Assembly: GCA_951406725.2 (NCBI GenBank)
Contig: OX597814.1
Location: 125,860,001-125,924,000, forward strand
Length of the DNA stretch: 64,000 nucleotides
Origin: Octopus vulgaris
Lineage: Eukaryota
Reading direction: 5' to 3'
Position numbers and translations under genes: made by a program
Notes under the pieces: model-generated
Databases searched by the model: none
What the model was told of the DNA's origin: nothing
The model's input: the letters and a program-made list of their open reading frames with translations, nothing else
Shown here: positions 1-13,320 of the stretch, in pieces
Numbering within the stretch: position 1 is the first letter of the stretch
Layout: each line of letters starts with the position of its first letter

Positions 1-672
1 TCCATACATTAATCTACACACACATACACACAGAGTTAGTTATTTCCTTCAAACTTTCCCATCCTCTTTGTCCCATGACCTCTATTACAATTTACCATGG
101 TTCCTTTAAAAGGATATTTTGATACCAACTGCTTAAATGAAAAGACACGTGCTTGCTTATGTTCTTTGTGTCATATCTATTTTCCCTCCCCACCCCACCT
201 GCTAAATGGTGAAACTAGCTGAAACCCTAAAGTTGACACCACCAGCCCATGTCAAAAATGATTCTACAGATGTAATGCCATCTTCATAGTTATGCACGCA
301 TGAAAATTAGTCTGCAGCAGATCTGGTTCCAGTTTCTGAATGTCTGACATCTTTTTCTCCAACTGTTTCTATGGTGAAGCAATCAAACTTGTTCCTGGAA
401 AATAAATATGCATTTATTTTTCACACCATCACACCACTGATCCATTTACTTCACTACTTTCACTCATCAGCTTTATTGATAATTAAATTTGTTTTCTCCT
501 AACTTCTTTATTTATCATTGTTGATTTTGTAAACTAAATTACACACACACACACACACACAGTGTTGAGTTTGTCTGAAGAAGCAGTTGTATAGCACATA
601 AACACCAAGCTAACAGGCCTCTGGATTAGCATATACATGAAAAAATCTTATAAAAGATACCTTAAATTAAAT

Positions 673-1066
673 ATGGTAAGAAGCTTGCTTCCCAACCACA
701 TGGCTCTGGGTTCAGTCCTGCTGCATCACACCTTGGGCAAGTGTCTTCTACTATAGCCTTGGGCTGACCAAAGCTTTGTGAGTGGATTTGGTAGACAGAA
801 ACTGAAAGAAGCCCATCGTATATGTATATACCCATGTGTGCATGTGTTTGTGTCTTTGTCCCTCCATCACTGCTTGACAACCAGTATTGACGTGTTTACA
901 TCCCTGTAACTTAGCTGTTTGGAAAAAGAGACCGATAGAATAAGTACTAGGCTTAAAGATAAAAAAATAATCCTGGGGTTGATTTGTTTGACTAAAAGTT
1001 CTTCAAGATGGCGCTCCAGCATGGCTGCAGTCAAATGACCGAAACAAGTAAAGAAATAAAAGAAAT
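673..1066 (+). mobile_element. tRNA-derived CORE-type SINE (family A), near full length
   Basis: A/B-box-like head (TGGTAAGAAG...GGGTTCAGTCC), CORE-like ACCTTGGGCAAGTG, internal TG/TA tract, tail ...TGACCGAAACAAGTAAAGAAATAAAAG; >10 homologous copies in the window. Confidence 0.85.
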
Positions 1067-1329
1067 ATCTTACATTCTTACATGATCTATCCCACATTAA
1101 ATATATCCTTTCTTAATTTATCTACAATAAGAACAGCATCCAAGTGTTTCTACTATGGCACTCTTGCTTCCCTTTCCCACCCATTTTTTTTCTTCTGTTA
1201 TTGATCTTTTTTTCTAAATACCTCCTCATCCATATAACCCTGACTCACCAAACAAATCATAGTAGTGAGGAAGACTGTCTAATCTGATAGAGTTGATACC
1301 ACTCTAAAATCAACCCATGATACTTTGTA

Positions 1330-1612
1330 AAGTAGTTGGTGAACAAGCAGGTATGTTGGGGTTAAGAACACCCTTTTGTCTTGTCATCAATATTGCTTCT
1401 CTGATGCTGGTGCCATGATAAAATTCTCCTAGTACACTCTGATATGTGGTTGACAACAGGAAAGGCATCAAGCTGTAGTAACCAAGTCAAAATTGAAATG
1501 TAAAAGAGACATGTTCTTCCAATCCATCTAGGAGGACAGTAACTTTGAATATGAATTTACTCAAACCATAATGATTTGTTCATCCCATACCAGCATAAAA
1601 AAATGGATATAA
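1330..1612 (+). mobile_element. Decayed RTE-type 3' end / SINE-like repeat (family B)
   Basis: AGGAAAGGCATCAAGCTGTAG...CCCATACCAGCAT...GGATATAAA matches family B copies at 29284, 51205 and 61985. Confidence 0.55.
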
Positions 1613-3460
1613 AGTGGTGGTGGTGGTGGTGGCTCATGATACTTATCCTATATTAAATATTTCGATCTAATATTTCTTGAATTGACTTGCATCAGGTAAG
1701 ATGGTGATTATGCAACATATCTTGTTTATTAAAGGACTTGAATATCACTGATCCATCATTGTCTTTCAAAGCTCATACATAGTAACTGGTATCACAAGAA
1801 TAGTGATCATTGGGCTTTACACACTTACCCACCTTTATTTACAGTGCTAAGAATATTGGTTCAGACATTCCATCCAAAGAAAATTGGAAGATATTAGTAT
1901 CAGTTGACTAAATCAAACCTAATACATAACTGGTACTACTTTAATATTCTGTATTGAATATCTTATCTTAAAAGTTCTATATTTAAACATTAGTATCCTA
2001 ATTATTCACCTCTATTTGAACTTCTTGAGACTCATAAAATTTATATCCACTTAATTTGTTCCAAATTTGACTTGAGTGAAGGAATGACAATAGAATATTT
2101 CAGTTATTGAAATAATCATTTCTAATTGGAGACAAAAAGAAGCTCTAGTGAAAAATGCTATTTCTATTATGTACGATTATTTGACTTTTTTCTTTTATGC
2201 TTTTTATCTGTTAATATGGAATCTCTTCCAACCAATTTTGTTAAGTGATACTTTTCTGAACACTTCAGGGCAATTTTTATCAGTTAAAAAAAAAAAGAAT
2301 ATATTCAACAGCTAACTTGGTTCAGACCAGCTTATTGTGTCTGGAAAACCTCTCAGCAAAAGATATGTGGTTTTATATCAGGTATTAAAAGAGATTATAA
2401 TAATAACTTGGTAGTGGATGGTGGTGGGTGCTGATGGAGAAATTGCCACAATAAATATATATTGTTAAAAAGAAAAACAAAAAAGTCAATATTAAGAACC
2501 CTTGAAGATTTATAATCTTAGAAATCTGTGATCTTGAAACAAGTGCTTACAACTGATTGAGCTGTAAGGGGTGGGTGGTAAATTAGATATCTTTTTATTC
2601 CTTCCGTCTCTCTCTTGATATTTTATTTTGTTTTACTATTATTATTTTTTTCTATTAGTAAATGTTATATTTTGGAATATTCCTACCCTCACATGTTATT
2701 TTCCTTTTTGCAGTTTTAAAACACTCTATTGTTATTATACGTAAGATAAAAGATTGCTGATCATATATAGAATTGGTTGTATTCAGAAGAATTTCTACTA
2801 TCTCAGATAATATAGCAACTGGAAAGATGAATGCTTGAACAGAACAGTGAATGAGTTTATAAGTGTCTCTTAACTATAATTCTATGATATGAAGTACTAG
2901 TAAAGATTTTATTTCATATTTTGATCCATTTGGTCCTGAGTTTTGAAGTAATATATATTTTACTTTGCTTCAGAGAATAGCTATATAAAGAATTTATCTA
3001 TTTTGATAATGGTTCAATTTACAAAGACCATAAAGAGGTGTGTGAATATGTCTGCATGTGAATATTTGTGTCTCTTTGTACCTGTGTATATGGTTGTATC
3101 TGCATGCTTATTTGAATTACTAAAAAAAATATCTGTGTTTGCATGTTTGTGTCTGTGAGTGACTGAGTTGGTATGTATTTGTATGAGAACATTGTATATG
3201 TATGAGAATATCTGTATGTGTGTTTATACTTTTATGTCTGCATGCGTGTGTGTGTGTGTGCAGGAGTGCATGTTTATATGTGTGGAGTATATGTGAATGC
3301 ATGTGTATATGTGTTTATGAGTATGTATGCATGCTTGTGTGAGTGTGTGCGTGTATGTTCAGAAATAGATGCAGATGGTATTATAATGTAGTACAACTTT
3401 CACTTTGCTTATCTGAATTGTTTTATTGTTGAAGTTAGTTGATGTAAATAGTTTTGTGTA

Positions 3461-3810
3461 GGTAGCCTCTCCATGTGGTATATATCCTCTCCACATGACA
3501 CTAAGCCTCTCCAGCTTAACATATAGTCTCTCCTGCTAATGACATCTAGTTTCTACTGCTGATAACTTACCCCATGTCACATAATTTATCCATGAGATGT
3601 TCTAACCCCTCCTCATGACATTTAACCTCTCCATATGATACCTAGCTTCTTCATGTGACATCCAGCCTTTCCAGATGTCATCTAACCTCTCTACGTAACT
3701 GACATACTAGCCTCTCCACATAACACTAGGCTTCTCCAAATGATGTTCAACAATTCTAGATGACACCCAACTTTTCCATTTGATATTTAACCTCTTCAGG
3801 ATGACATCCT
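3461..3810. repeat. Degenerate ~20-bp minisatellite (consensus ~TAGCCTCTCCACATGACATC)
   Basis: Recurring CCTCTCCA..TGACA at ~20-nt period. Confidence 0.75.
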
Positions 3811-3949
3811 GGTTAACAACCAGAAAAAACTTTTCTAAGAACTTTATATGAATTGTATTATTTGCAACTATTATTTGGATCATTCCTCCTATGATGTATT
3901 GTTTGTTATATGATTTTAGCTGGCTGTTTTGATTTTGGATGAGATTGTT

Positions 3950-4618
3950 TGATATGGACCTTGGGGTCCATATAAAATTTTTTTGTTAAATTCAACTTAT
4001 GATGAAAGTAAACAAGCAACGTTTGCTTTAGAAATGTTGAGATGTATTGAAAGATACAGAAATAATTTATTCTCAAATGCATGATAATGCTAATACAATA
4101 GCATGAACAAGTTAAACTATCCATATATTGCAGAAAAAATCGTTACCAGCCAAACATGAGACACGAACTCGTATCCCTATTATTATGTGTCAAGTACTTT
4201 AACTTTAAGCTAAACTGCCTAGTAACGAATTGTTCTGCAATTTTAGGATTTATAAATCTAGCTTTATAAGACACTAATGTTAAATTCAACTTATGATGAA
4301 AGTAAACAAAGTTTGCTTTAGAAGCATTGAGATGTATTGAAAGATACAAAAATAATTTATTCACAAATGCATGATAATGCTAATACAATAGCATGAACAG
4401 GTTAAACTATCCATATATTGCAGAAAAAATCGTTATGTGCAATAAATTGCTTATACTTCTAGCACCAAATATCATAAAAATTTTTTGTGCAATTCCTAAT
4501 AATGTTAAATTTTTAAAATATAATGGGATTTTTAAAACATCAAATGGCTATGAGGGTCCACCTAAGTTAAATAGGAATTGAAGGTGTCCATAGTTAAAAA
4601 AACAGTTGAGAACCACTG
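3950..4618. mobile_element. hAT-like MITE remnant containing an internal ~160-bp duplication
   Basis: Right end GTTGAGAACCACTG (reverse complement CAGTGGTTCTCAAC, a typical hAT terminus), GGGTCCA subterminal motifs; left TIR not seen. Confidence 0.6.
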
Positions 4619-4654
4619 CTCTAGATCAAAGACTAGATTATGCTTCTCCATAAT

Positions 4655-4900
4655 CATTATGACTGTATAGTTATTCTGACTATGGATGGTCACTCTGTCT
4701 CTATGACTTGAAGGTTACTTTGACTCTGGATGATTGCTATTCTTTAGATAGTTACTATGACTATAAGTGATCTCTATGACACTGGGTGGTTGCTATGTTT
4801 GGATGATTGATGTAATTCTGTACAGTCAGTATGACACAAGACGGTAACTATGACTGACTCTAGATAATTATGACTTTGGGTGGTTGTTGTGACTCAGGAT
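4655..4900. repeat. Degenerate ~20-bp minisatellite (~TATGACTCTGGATGGTTAC)
   Basis: Repeated TATGACT...GATGGT/GATGAT units. Confidence 0.7.
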
Positions 4901-5059
4901 GGGAGATATATGTTTGCTACTACCAAAAGTGAACATCCAAACCTGGATCTTCTCTTGTCTTGCTAATAACTTCATGAAGGCTATTATAACTGTATCAGCT
5001 CTTAATCTAGAAGTAAATAATTATATCATCACCAACTTTATTCATCTTTGAAATAATCG

Positions 5060-5260
5060 TTTCAAATTTTGGCACAGGGCCAACAATTTGTGGGGAGGGG
5101 TTAAGTTGATTACATTGACCCCAGTACTTATTTTATCAATTCAAAAGGATGAAAGGAAAAGTGCACCTCTGTGGAATTCAAACTCAGAATGTAAAGACAT
5201 ACAAAATGGTGCTAACGATTTTGCCTAGTGTGATGACAGCTCTATCAGTTCGCCATCTGA
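5060..5260 (-). mobile_element. SINE family D (central CTTTCATCCTTT..GGGTCGATAAAATAAGTAC domain)
   Basis: Reverse complement of copies at 53977-54165 and 54703-54915. Confidence 0.7.
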
Positions 5261-6414
5261 CTCCACTTTGAAATAATGAACATGTAAAAGAAATAGAATA
5301 GATCAGCACTCAGTAAATTTTAAATAAACGTTTTTAACTTCCAGCTCTATGATCAAAGCCACTTTGTCTCTTTGCATATGTAGTACTACATTGGTAAATA
5401 AGAGACTAAGTGTAGGATTTATGGGAATCTGGTTGCTATTTCTAGATCAAGCAACTGCATTTAAGCTTCCTTGAAAGTTATACATTAATATTTTAATATG
5501 AAACTTTGATGTATGAAAGTCTACTGTTAAACATTGCTTTATGAAATAAATAAAAGCAAGAAAAGACAAGACTTATTATCAAAATTGTTTCATCTTTTTA
5601 TAAAAATCAAGTATATTAACATACACTTTCAGTTTTGTTTTGATGATTTTAAAGTTTTCAAACAAACTGAAATTTGAAAAAATTAACTTATTGTATCTTT
5701 TAAACTTCATAAAAAATGTTTATATGCTTAAACAAACAGTCAAACACATATTAAATTAGACAAAAAATAAATAAATAAATAAACTTTAGCTATGTGAAAT
5801 CTTTGTTTTTTAAATGGTAAAATCAGTTTTTCCAATTTACAAATTCCATAGTTGAATTATAAATTAAACTAATTTTATTTCTTTGGTATATTAGGTTTAG
5901 GAAAAAAAAAAAAAGTTACCTTTGAAATAAAAACAGATTTGTCATTTCTTTGTATTGATGCTGTAGTTTTCGACACTATTGTTTTTAGTAATCTGTCTAT
6001 TTCTGTCAGACTTTTTTTTTTTGAAGATTTAATGAAGCAGAATGTTGATGTCTTCTGCAATGACAACTGTTCTATTATATACTAAAACCTAATCAACTCT
6101 GTAACCAGTGACAAGCACACCCTACCCTACCCTACCCCAAAATCTACCGACGCTGTCAAGTTGTCACTATAATTATCCTCTTGGAATTGTTAACCATTTC
6201 ATAAAGGAATGCATGCGCACCTACAGAATACATATCAAAGAGAATAAAGATGGGAGAACATGTTGAGACTTGAACCCTCACCTCTTTGTTGACATCTTGG
6301 TGTCGTTTCCACTTTTATGGTATTTAGATTTAGTTCAACTACTGAGTTGCTAATTTATGAATTTTGCTTTGATAGTTCTGTATAATGATTTTCTTCTTTT
6401 GTTCTTTCACTGGT

Positions 6415-6605
6415 TTCAGTAATTGGACTATGGTCATACTGGTGCTTCGATAATTACGTTGACCTTAGCACTTCTGTCAACAGCTAGTACTTATTTTATC
6501 AATGTTGGAAGGATGAAAGGCAAAGTGGACTTAGATGGGATTTGAACTCAGAATGTAAAAGGAGATAATCAATTACTGCACTGTACTGATTCTACAATTT
6601 AGCTG
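6415..6605 (-). mobile_element. SINE family D, decayed
   Basis: GTACTTATTTTATC..GAAGGATGAAAGGCAAAGTGGAC..GGATTTGAACTCAGAATGTAA. Confidence 0.65.
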
Positions 6606-6749
6606 CCATAGATATATACTGGAGGAGAATTAAACCAATGAGGAAGCCTCTACCTGGTCATTTGTTAGAAACAGGAACTAAATCATATACTATTGCTTTA
6701 AAAAAGGAACATATTAGATTAGTGTTGTTCTAGATAGGTGAAAGCATGA

Positions 6750-6908
6750 CATTGTGGTTAAGAAGCTTGCTTTTCAACCACTGTTCAGGTTCAGTCCAAT
6801 TGTACAGATTATGGATAAGTGTCTTCTACTATAACCCTGGGCCAACCAATCCTTCATAAGTGAATATAGTAGACAGAAAATGTGTGGAAGCCCATCATGT
6901 GTGTGTGT

Positions 6909-6939
<31 letters not shown>

Positions 6940-7148
6940 CATGTGTGTGTGTGTGTATTTATATCTGCATTTGTAATCCCCAACACTCTACAACTGATGT
7001 TGGTTGGTTATGTCCCTACAACTTAGTGGTTCAACAACAGAGACCAATAAAATAAGTACCAGGGTCGATTTCTTTAATGAAAACTCTTCAATAAGATGCC
7101 ACAGCATGGCTGCAGTTCAGTGACTGAAACAAGATAAAGATAAAGAAG
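6750..7148 (+). mobile_element. CORE-type SINE family A
   Basis: Colinear with 673-1066 including internal (TG)n and GACTGAAACAAGATAAAGA tail. Confidence 0.85.
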
Positions 7149-8541
7149 ATACAGATACATTATATCTAGAAAAGCAGTGATGTTTAGGTTGGAATACTTG
7201 CTAACTGGTCGGTCTACATTTCTTGGTGAACTGGGGAGTTGCAAACATAATGTTTTACCTGAATAGTATTCTTAGCTATTTCAAATGGAGACTGAAACCA
7301 AATTAGAAACCTTGTAATGGTATCTGGGGAAATTGAAGATATAGGAAGTTTAAAATTAGCTTCATTGTTTGTGAATTAAATAGAGGCTAGAGTGATATAA
7401 ACTTTTGCAATTTTGATCATGGTTAAAAAAAATGAGTGCAGGGTTAATAAGGCAGTATTAGTACAATTTACAAATATGGCATATGAAAGACAGACTGTCT
7501 TGCTGAATAACTCTACGATGAATTTAATTTAGTCTTAAAAGAGCAGGAATATGAATGAAGAACAAATGTGAGCATTCAGACAGAATGTGTCACTGATGTC
7601 TATGGAACAAAGCTAGCAAGCTAAGAATAGGAACCAAAATTACACGAGTTATAGAAGACAAATTTTGTCACAGTTTCTCATTGATGCACACACACAGACA
7701 CACACACACACACTCAGACATCTATATATTCACATAAACACATATAGAGACACAGATATACATATATGCTTATGTGTGTGTTTATTCATACATGTTGCAC
7801 AAATGATGTTTCCATACCAATCTCTTTCAATCTTTTTTATTTATTTACCATTCTCGCCCAATTCCATTGAGTAGATATTCTTCTACAATATTCCACCTGT
7901 AGTTATTATATCAATACTACACACAATTTCCTTATTCAGTACAGAATTCTAAGAGATGTATGAAGAAAGGTTGTGACTTCTTTAATTCAGCTAATATTCT
8001 ATTAACGAAAGCTAATAAGATCCTTCTTGTAATGGTGAGAATCTTTTGGGAAACTAAAATACTTTAGCTTCACAATCTGAACATTTCTTGTTAATAACGA
8101 TATGTCTCCTCCACTTCACACACTCATTACATATTGAAAAAAAATTTACACTATTGCAAACTATATTGGCAATTACGCTGTTTAAATTTGTCTGCTTGTG
8201 ATTAATGTAACTTCTTGTTATGTGTGTGAGTGTACATGTGTCTGTGTGTATATTTTTGCATTCTGTGCCTGCTTGTCTGTGTATATGTATGATTCTGTAA
8301 GATGTGAGGCTGGGGAATTAGTGGTATTACTGTTTTTTGTAGTGGAGTGGGAGTGATTGGTAATGCGATGGCTATGGTGGGTGTTTGTGGCATGGGTGAT
8401 CTGTTACTAAACCTCATGTAAATCCTCCAGTGTGTGGACCTATCTGACCCATTGAGAATATTTATTCCAAGCTATTGATATTGAGAGTAAATCAATGAGT
8501 CAAACTATAGTCTCTGTGTCTGAAATAGGATCCTATGAAAG

Positions 8542-8543
<2 letters not shown>

Positions 8544-8607
<64 letters not shown>

Positions 8608-8622
8608 ATTGTTGTTGTTGTT
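8544..8622. repeat. (AGT)n then (TTG)n microsatellite
   Basis: Direct read. Confidence 0.95.
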
Positions 8623-9440
8623 TAACTCCAGCTCAAACTTCATTAAACAAACCTGGTCAATGACATTCTAGCCATGATTATTCAGATATAGTGCAACCTG
8701 GACTGCACAATCCAGTGTGTTCTATTAAGATGGTAGGCTAGGATTGGCAACAAATAGATAATTAACAAGAAATAACCATTAGAACAAACAGCCTTCTATG
8801 CTCCGAGTTAAACTGCCACTGGTGGCTTGGGTAAATCACCTGACCATAGGACAACAATTGATTATGAAAGTTGCATTGAGTAGAAGAGGATTGTGGCTGT
8901 GCTGTGTCATAGAGGTAAGTGAGGTGTAGAGTGTGGTGTTTGTTGGGCCCTTGCCAGTAATGTGGAAAGAATTAATAATATTGGTTTTATAACACTCTAT
9001 ATGTCACCAACATTTTATTCTCAGTTGGATATCATTCACACTCCCCATTTCAGTTTCTGACCTTACTAATAATGTGAGACTTAGTGAATCTTCTAAGAAA
9101 TCACTATTATGTTTAAACACTAAATAAAGATTGTGCTGTGAGGAAGAAGAAAAGTGTAACATTTAAGCAGAACTTTTTGTTAGAGAGAGAGAGAGAGATA
9201 AGATGCCTACTGTTACCAGTAAATATTTCATCAATAGCATTTATTCCTCTGTTTGAAATGTTTATGTTAACTACTTGCTGATAGAGACTATCTCTATTTT
9301 TCTGGGATTCTGCTGTTTTATTGATATTATTATTTTTTTTTGTTTACAAAAGTGCAGCAAAGTGGGTACAAGAGATGCAGTTACCTTCAGGTGTGTGTGA
9401 AAGTGCACAAAATTTCCACTTGCTTATTATGCACATAGTT

Positions 9441-9680
9441 GCAGGCATGGCTGTGTGGTAAAAAGTTTGCTTCTGAACTGCATCGCTTTTGGTTCAGTCC
9501 CACTATATGGTACCTTAGGCAAGTATCTTCTGCTGTAGCCTTGAACTGAGCAAAGCCTTGTGAGTGGATTTGTTTGATAGAAACTGAAAGAAGCCCATTC
9601 CATATGCATGTATGTATCTATGTATGTACGTATGTATGTATATATGTATGTAAGTATATATGTATGTATTTGTGTGTGTT
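9441..9680 (+). mobile_element. CORE-type SINE family A, 5' half (interrupted by a Penelope-like insertion)
   Basis: Head homologous to 673-830, ends in the internal TATG/TG tract. Confidence 0.8.
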
Positions 9681-10590
9681 CGGCAATAACACCCTGGTCT
9701 CATGCCATTTCCGCTCTACCGGTCATTCTTTACAACAGTGTTCGGATTGTCCTTGCACAGACTACCATCTTCGCCATGAACAGGAATTAATCTTCTCTCT
9801 ATGCTCCTTTGCGCCACATGGGCTCATCTCTCCTCCCCTCTTCATCTAACCCCCTCCTCTCACACCTATTTCTTCCCTTCACTCCCACCTACCTCTTCTC
9901 TCTTCACTCCTACCCACCTTCTCCCTTCCACCCTCTCCCTTCATCGTCACCCCTCCATCGTTACCCAACCCCTACACATTCCCATCCCACTCCAACCCAT
10001 CCCACACATTCCACTCACACATCCCTACCCTCACACCCATCTCCATTTACCCTACATCACCCCAACCCACACTCACCCTTGCTTCCCCCACCCTTGCCTC
10101 CCCAACACCCCAACACCACCACACCACACACCACTACCACACTGCACACCACCATGCCACAACATGCCACATCACACCACACTGCACACACTAGCACTGA
10201 TCACTTCCCAGCACCCACACACCTACACATGCACACATGCACACATCAAGGTCACCAGCCCCTATCCACACGCACATACACGCTCTCACATACACACGCA
10301 CACCTTCATTTTGGTATCACCACTACTTTTTTATTATCTCCCCTTCTTCCTAGCTATCCTGTCTGACTACCTTTATCTGGTATTCGCCATGATTGATTGT
10401 TAGCCACTAAACCTTTTTTATCTTCTCTCTCTGCTTATTTCTGTATTTCCTTTCTGTTGAAGAGCGTAGGCTTGAAATGTAAAAGACTTTCTCACTTCCC
10501 AAGTGTTAAACTAATACACATGTTTGTTGTTTACACACCTGTCTTCGTCTCTTGTTTTATTTTTTTGTAAATTCCAACTACATATATATA
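9681..10590 (+). mobile_element. 5'-truncated Penelope-like element: GIY-YIG C-terminus, C/A-rich spacer, terminal repeat with hammerhead motif
   Basis: 9683-9849 translates to CHFRSTGHS...RHEQELIFSLCSFAPHGL, matching the PLE endonuclease end HFxxxGHS..RxxxEQxLIFxLxxxxPxGLN; 10395-10580 is homologous to 50590-50772. Confidence 0.7.
10449..10485 (+). ncRNA. Minimal type-I hammerhead ribozyme-like motif (variant core)
   Basis: CCUUU CUGUUGA A GAGC-GUAG-GCUU GAAA UGUA AAAG; stems I and II pair; located in a PLE terminal repeat. Confidence 0.55.
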
Positions 10591-10595
10591 GAGAG

Positions 10596-10755
10596 ATTTG
10601 TGTTTGTCTCCCAAACCAGTGCCAGTAATTCAGTGGTTTGACAATTGACAAAAGGGCTAATAGAATAAGCACCAGATTTTAAAAACAAATCTTGTGGTTG
10701 ATTTTGAGGTGTTGCACCAGTATAGCTATAGTCCAATGACTGAAACAAGTGGAAC
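10596..10755 (+). mobile_element. CORE-type SINE family A, 3' half
   Basis: ATAGAATAAGCACCAG...GTCCAATGACTGAAACAAGT matches the 3' half of family A. Confidence 0.65.
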
Positions 10756-11408
10756 ATTAAAATTGCTTTAGACGCAAGACACTCTAACTAAGCAGCTATT
10801 TTATTTAAAGGTATTACAGCTGTGGTCATCCCATATTTTTAAGATGGTAGGCCATAATTTGAGGGAAATTTAGTTGCTGCTATTTCTAGCAGTTTGGAGA
10901 TCCTTATAGTGGGTCTCTTGCTGCCAGACATGTTTAGTAATTAAAGCAAGCATAAAGTCAATGAAATGGAGTTTATTGCCATGAGATCATTAAGTTTTAG
11001 AATTGAAACTGTAGTAGTTTTAGCAACACATAATATTTTAAACATTTTGAGCAATTGTTTTGCACTTACAGGTTTAGAATATTAAACATAGATCTAATAT
11101 CACCCTAGAGTCATAATATTGTTGTAAATTCTATTAATGTTTATTTAAAGAAAGTAATTTTTTTTCATATAAAACAAACACCTCTTGGGGATTTCTGAGA
11201 GCACTGAATTATTCAAATGAAAATTTATGTCAACCATTCTGGGTTTAACATTAAGGATCTTCTTTCATAAAGAAGGGATTTGTTTTCATCCCTTGTTAGT
11301 TCTGATGGTTTGCTCTGCTACATTAATATTTTATGAATGAACGAAACCTATTGAGGGTTTGACAGATTAAACATCATCTGTTTTCTCATGCTGGTATGCT
11401 TGGACTTG

Positions 11409-11728
11409 CAGTTCCCAACCTATGGGTCAGGACACAAATTAAGTCATGACATAATTCTTAAAAGGTTGCAAAAGCAATATTTTTTTTAATTTTTGAAATA
11501 TTTGATAAAAATCTAGTATTCATGAATATGTTAATAAGCCAAATATAAATGCTACACCACAACATTTACTATGAACAAAAACTGGGGAATATTTCCACAA
11601 GAAAAGTATCAAATGCTAATTATGTTAAGGTTTTGGAAAATTATCTTTATTGTTTTTATTTAAATATTTAAAAAAAAGGTGTTGATTTTTCACAATAGCT
11701 TATGATACTAAGAGGTTGGGAAACACTG
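11409..11728. mobile_element. hAT-like MITE
   Basis: Imperfect TIRs CAGTTCCCAACCT ... AGGTTGGGAAACACTG. Confidence 0.65.
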
Positions 11729-11969
11729 GTTTAGACAAATGTGATGTAATGTATACATTTCACAATCCTTGGTCTTATATCTAAGTTTCAATGCCTTGAG
11801 AGCTAGTTATCCCTTGCCTGCTAGTTATCTCTTGATTAGATTCCCACCCACTCTCAGTGTGCAAATTAACTTTTAGAAATTTATTCTTAATTTCTTGAAA
11901 TTCTCCCTCCTTTCTTTGAGAGTCACTAATAATTGCAGCTAAGTTTTTTTTTCTTCTTCTAGCTATCAA

Positions 11970-12370
11970 ATTTAGTGTGTCATTCCTCAATTTTCTATCT
12001 TGAAAACTAACTGTACTATCACTTCCTCAGTTTTCTTCTATCATGTTCCTTCCACTATCAACTTACAGTACTTTTCACCTAGCATTTGTCTATGCATATC
12101 ACCATACCAACACAGTCCTGCTCTCTCAGTTTGCCTGAACTCTGTCTCTCATACAGATTAATATTACATAACTGATGAGATTATATTCATCTCATTTCTC
12201 TAGCATCTGTAGATTTTCTATATTTAATGCTTATGTTTTGCAACCAAACAGCATCATACATCTTACACAAGCTTCATACAGTCTGCCTTTCACAAAACAA
12301 GAGAAGCGTTGTGTTATCAACAGATGTAACAACTTCCTGAACATCTTCCCATTTCTTATCCAGTTACTGC
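11970..12370 (-). mobile_element. Decayed RTE-clade LINE fragment (RT C-terminal region)
   Basis: Minus strand reads KGRLYEACVRCMMLFGCKT*AL... then a LCWYG-like segment and LIVEGT; RTE-typical, with stops and frameshifts. Confidence 0.65.
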
Positions 12371-12607
12371 ACTGATCACTGAAATCATTTCTAGTACTAA
12401 TTAGATTTCATTGAGTTAACAGAAAGGAAAAGCCATATCTTGTGACAGTCTGAGTAATTCATGGATCCCTAGAACTAGCAATTCTAGTGATACAGGTGTA
12501 GCTATAGCCATTAAACATTGACTTATCATATCTATTTCTCTACTATTTTGTTATTTCAACCACAAAAGATGTTTGGAAAATCCATTTTAATGAGCACTTC
12601 CAGACTA

Positions 12608-12795
12608 TTCATCATCATCATTTAATGCCCCTTTTACCATGCTGGCATGGGTAAGATGGTTCAACAAGAACCCACAAACCAGAGGGTTGTGCTGAGCTCC
12701 AATATTTGCTTTGACATAATTTCTACTGCTGGATGCTCTTACTAATACCAATCACTTTACAGAGAGTACTGGATGCATTTTTCATGGCATCAGAC
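12608..12795 (-). mobile_element. Family B (RTE-tail) repeat
   Basis: (CAT)n + CCATGCTGGCATGGG..GCTGGATGCTCTTACTAATACCAATCACTTTACAGAG. Confidence 0.7.
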
Positions 12796-12859
12796 TAATA
12801 AATAGATAAGTTTGTTATGCTTTTGTTGTTGTTATTCTATGAGCTGAAATCATTATGTA

Positions 12860-13035
12860 GTCCCAGCTCAACTCTGATTGAGTAGTCTCATGATTGGAAG
12901 TATTCCAGCCAAGACCATCCTATCATATCTAGGACTATATTTCCTATTGAATTTTTTTCTTAAGACACTAGAATGGGATTTGAGGAACATTTGGCTGCTA
13001 TTTCTAACAAGTTAAGAGACCGCATTAAGGCTCCC
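12860..13035 (-). mobile_element. Old ~220-bp interspersed repeat, family C
   Basis: Reverse complement of 22480-22700 (TTTGGCTGCTATTTCTA.. / TCTAGGACTA..). Confidence 0.6.
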
Positions 13036-13079
13036 TGTTTTATCATCTAGTGTTTCTGTTTTTAATATTTTCTGTTAAG

Positions 13080-13320
13080 AGCAGTGGGTTAGCGAAATCA
13101 GTAGAACATTGGAGAAAATAACTTGTAACAATCTTCTACATTCTACATTCAACTTCCAATAATGAATTAGCAAGAGTTCAAACTGTGCTGAGGTCATCTT
13201 TGTTCCACACCCTTACAATGTCAATAAATTTAGTAACAGTTAATGTATTGGGGTTGGTTTAATTCCTAACTTAGGTGCAAGGCTTCAAATTTGGTTTGAT
13301 GTGCCTAAGTTAGAAATCAA
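13080..13320 (+). mobile_element. SINE family D, decayed
   Basis: Colinear with 54703-54915. Confidence 0.55.

Noticed and set aside
9801-10403. 200-aa and 185-aa His/Pro/Thr-rich ORFs
   Set aside because: C/A-rich low-complexity spacer of a PLE; stop codons are absent for compositional reasons
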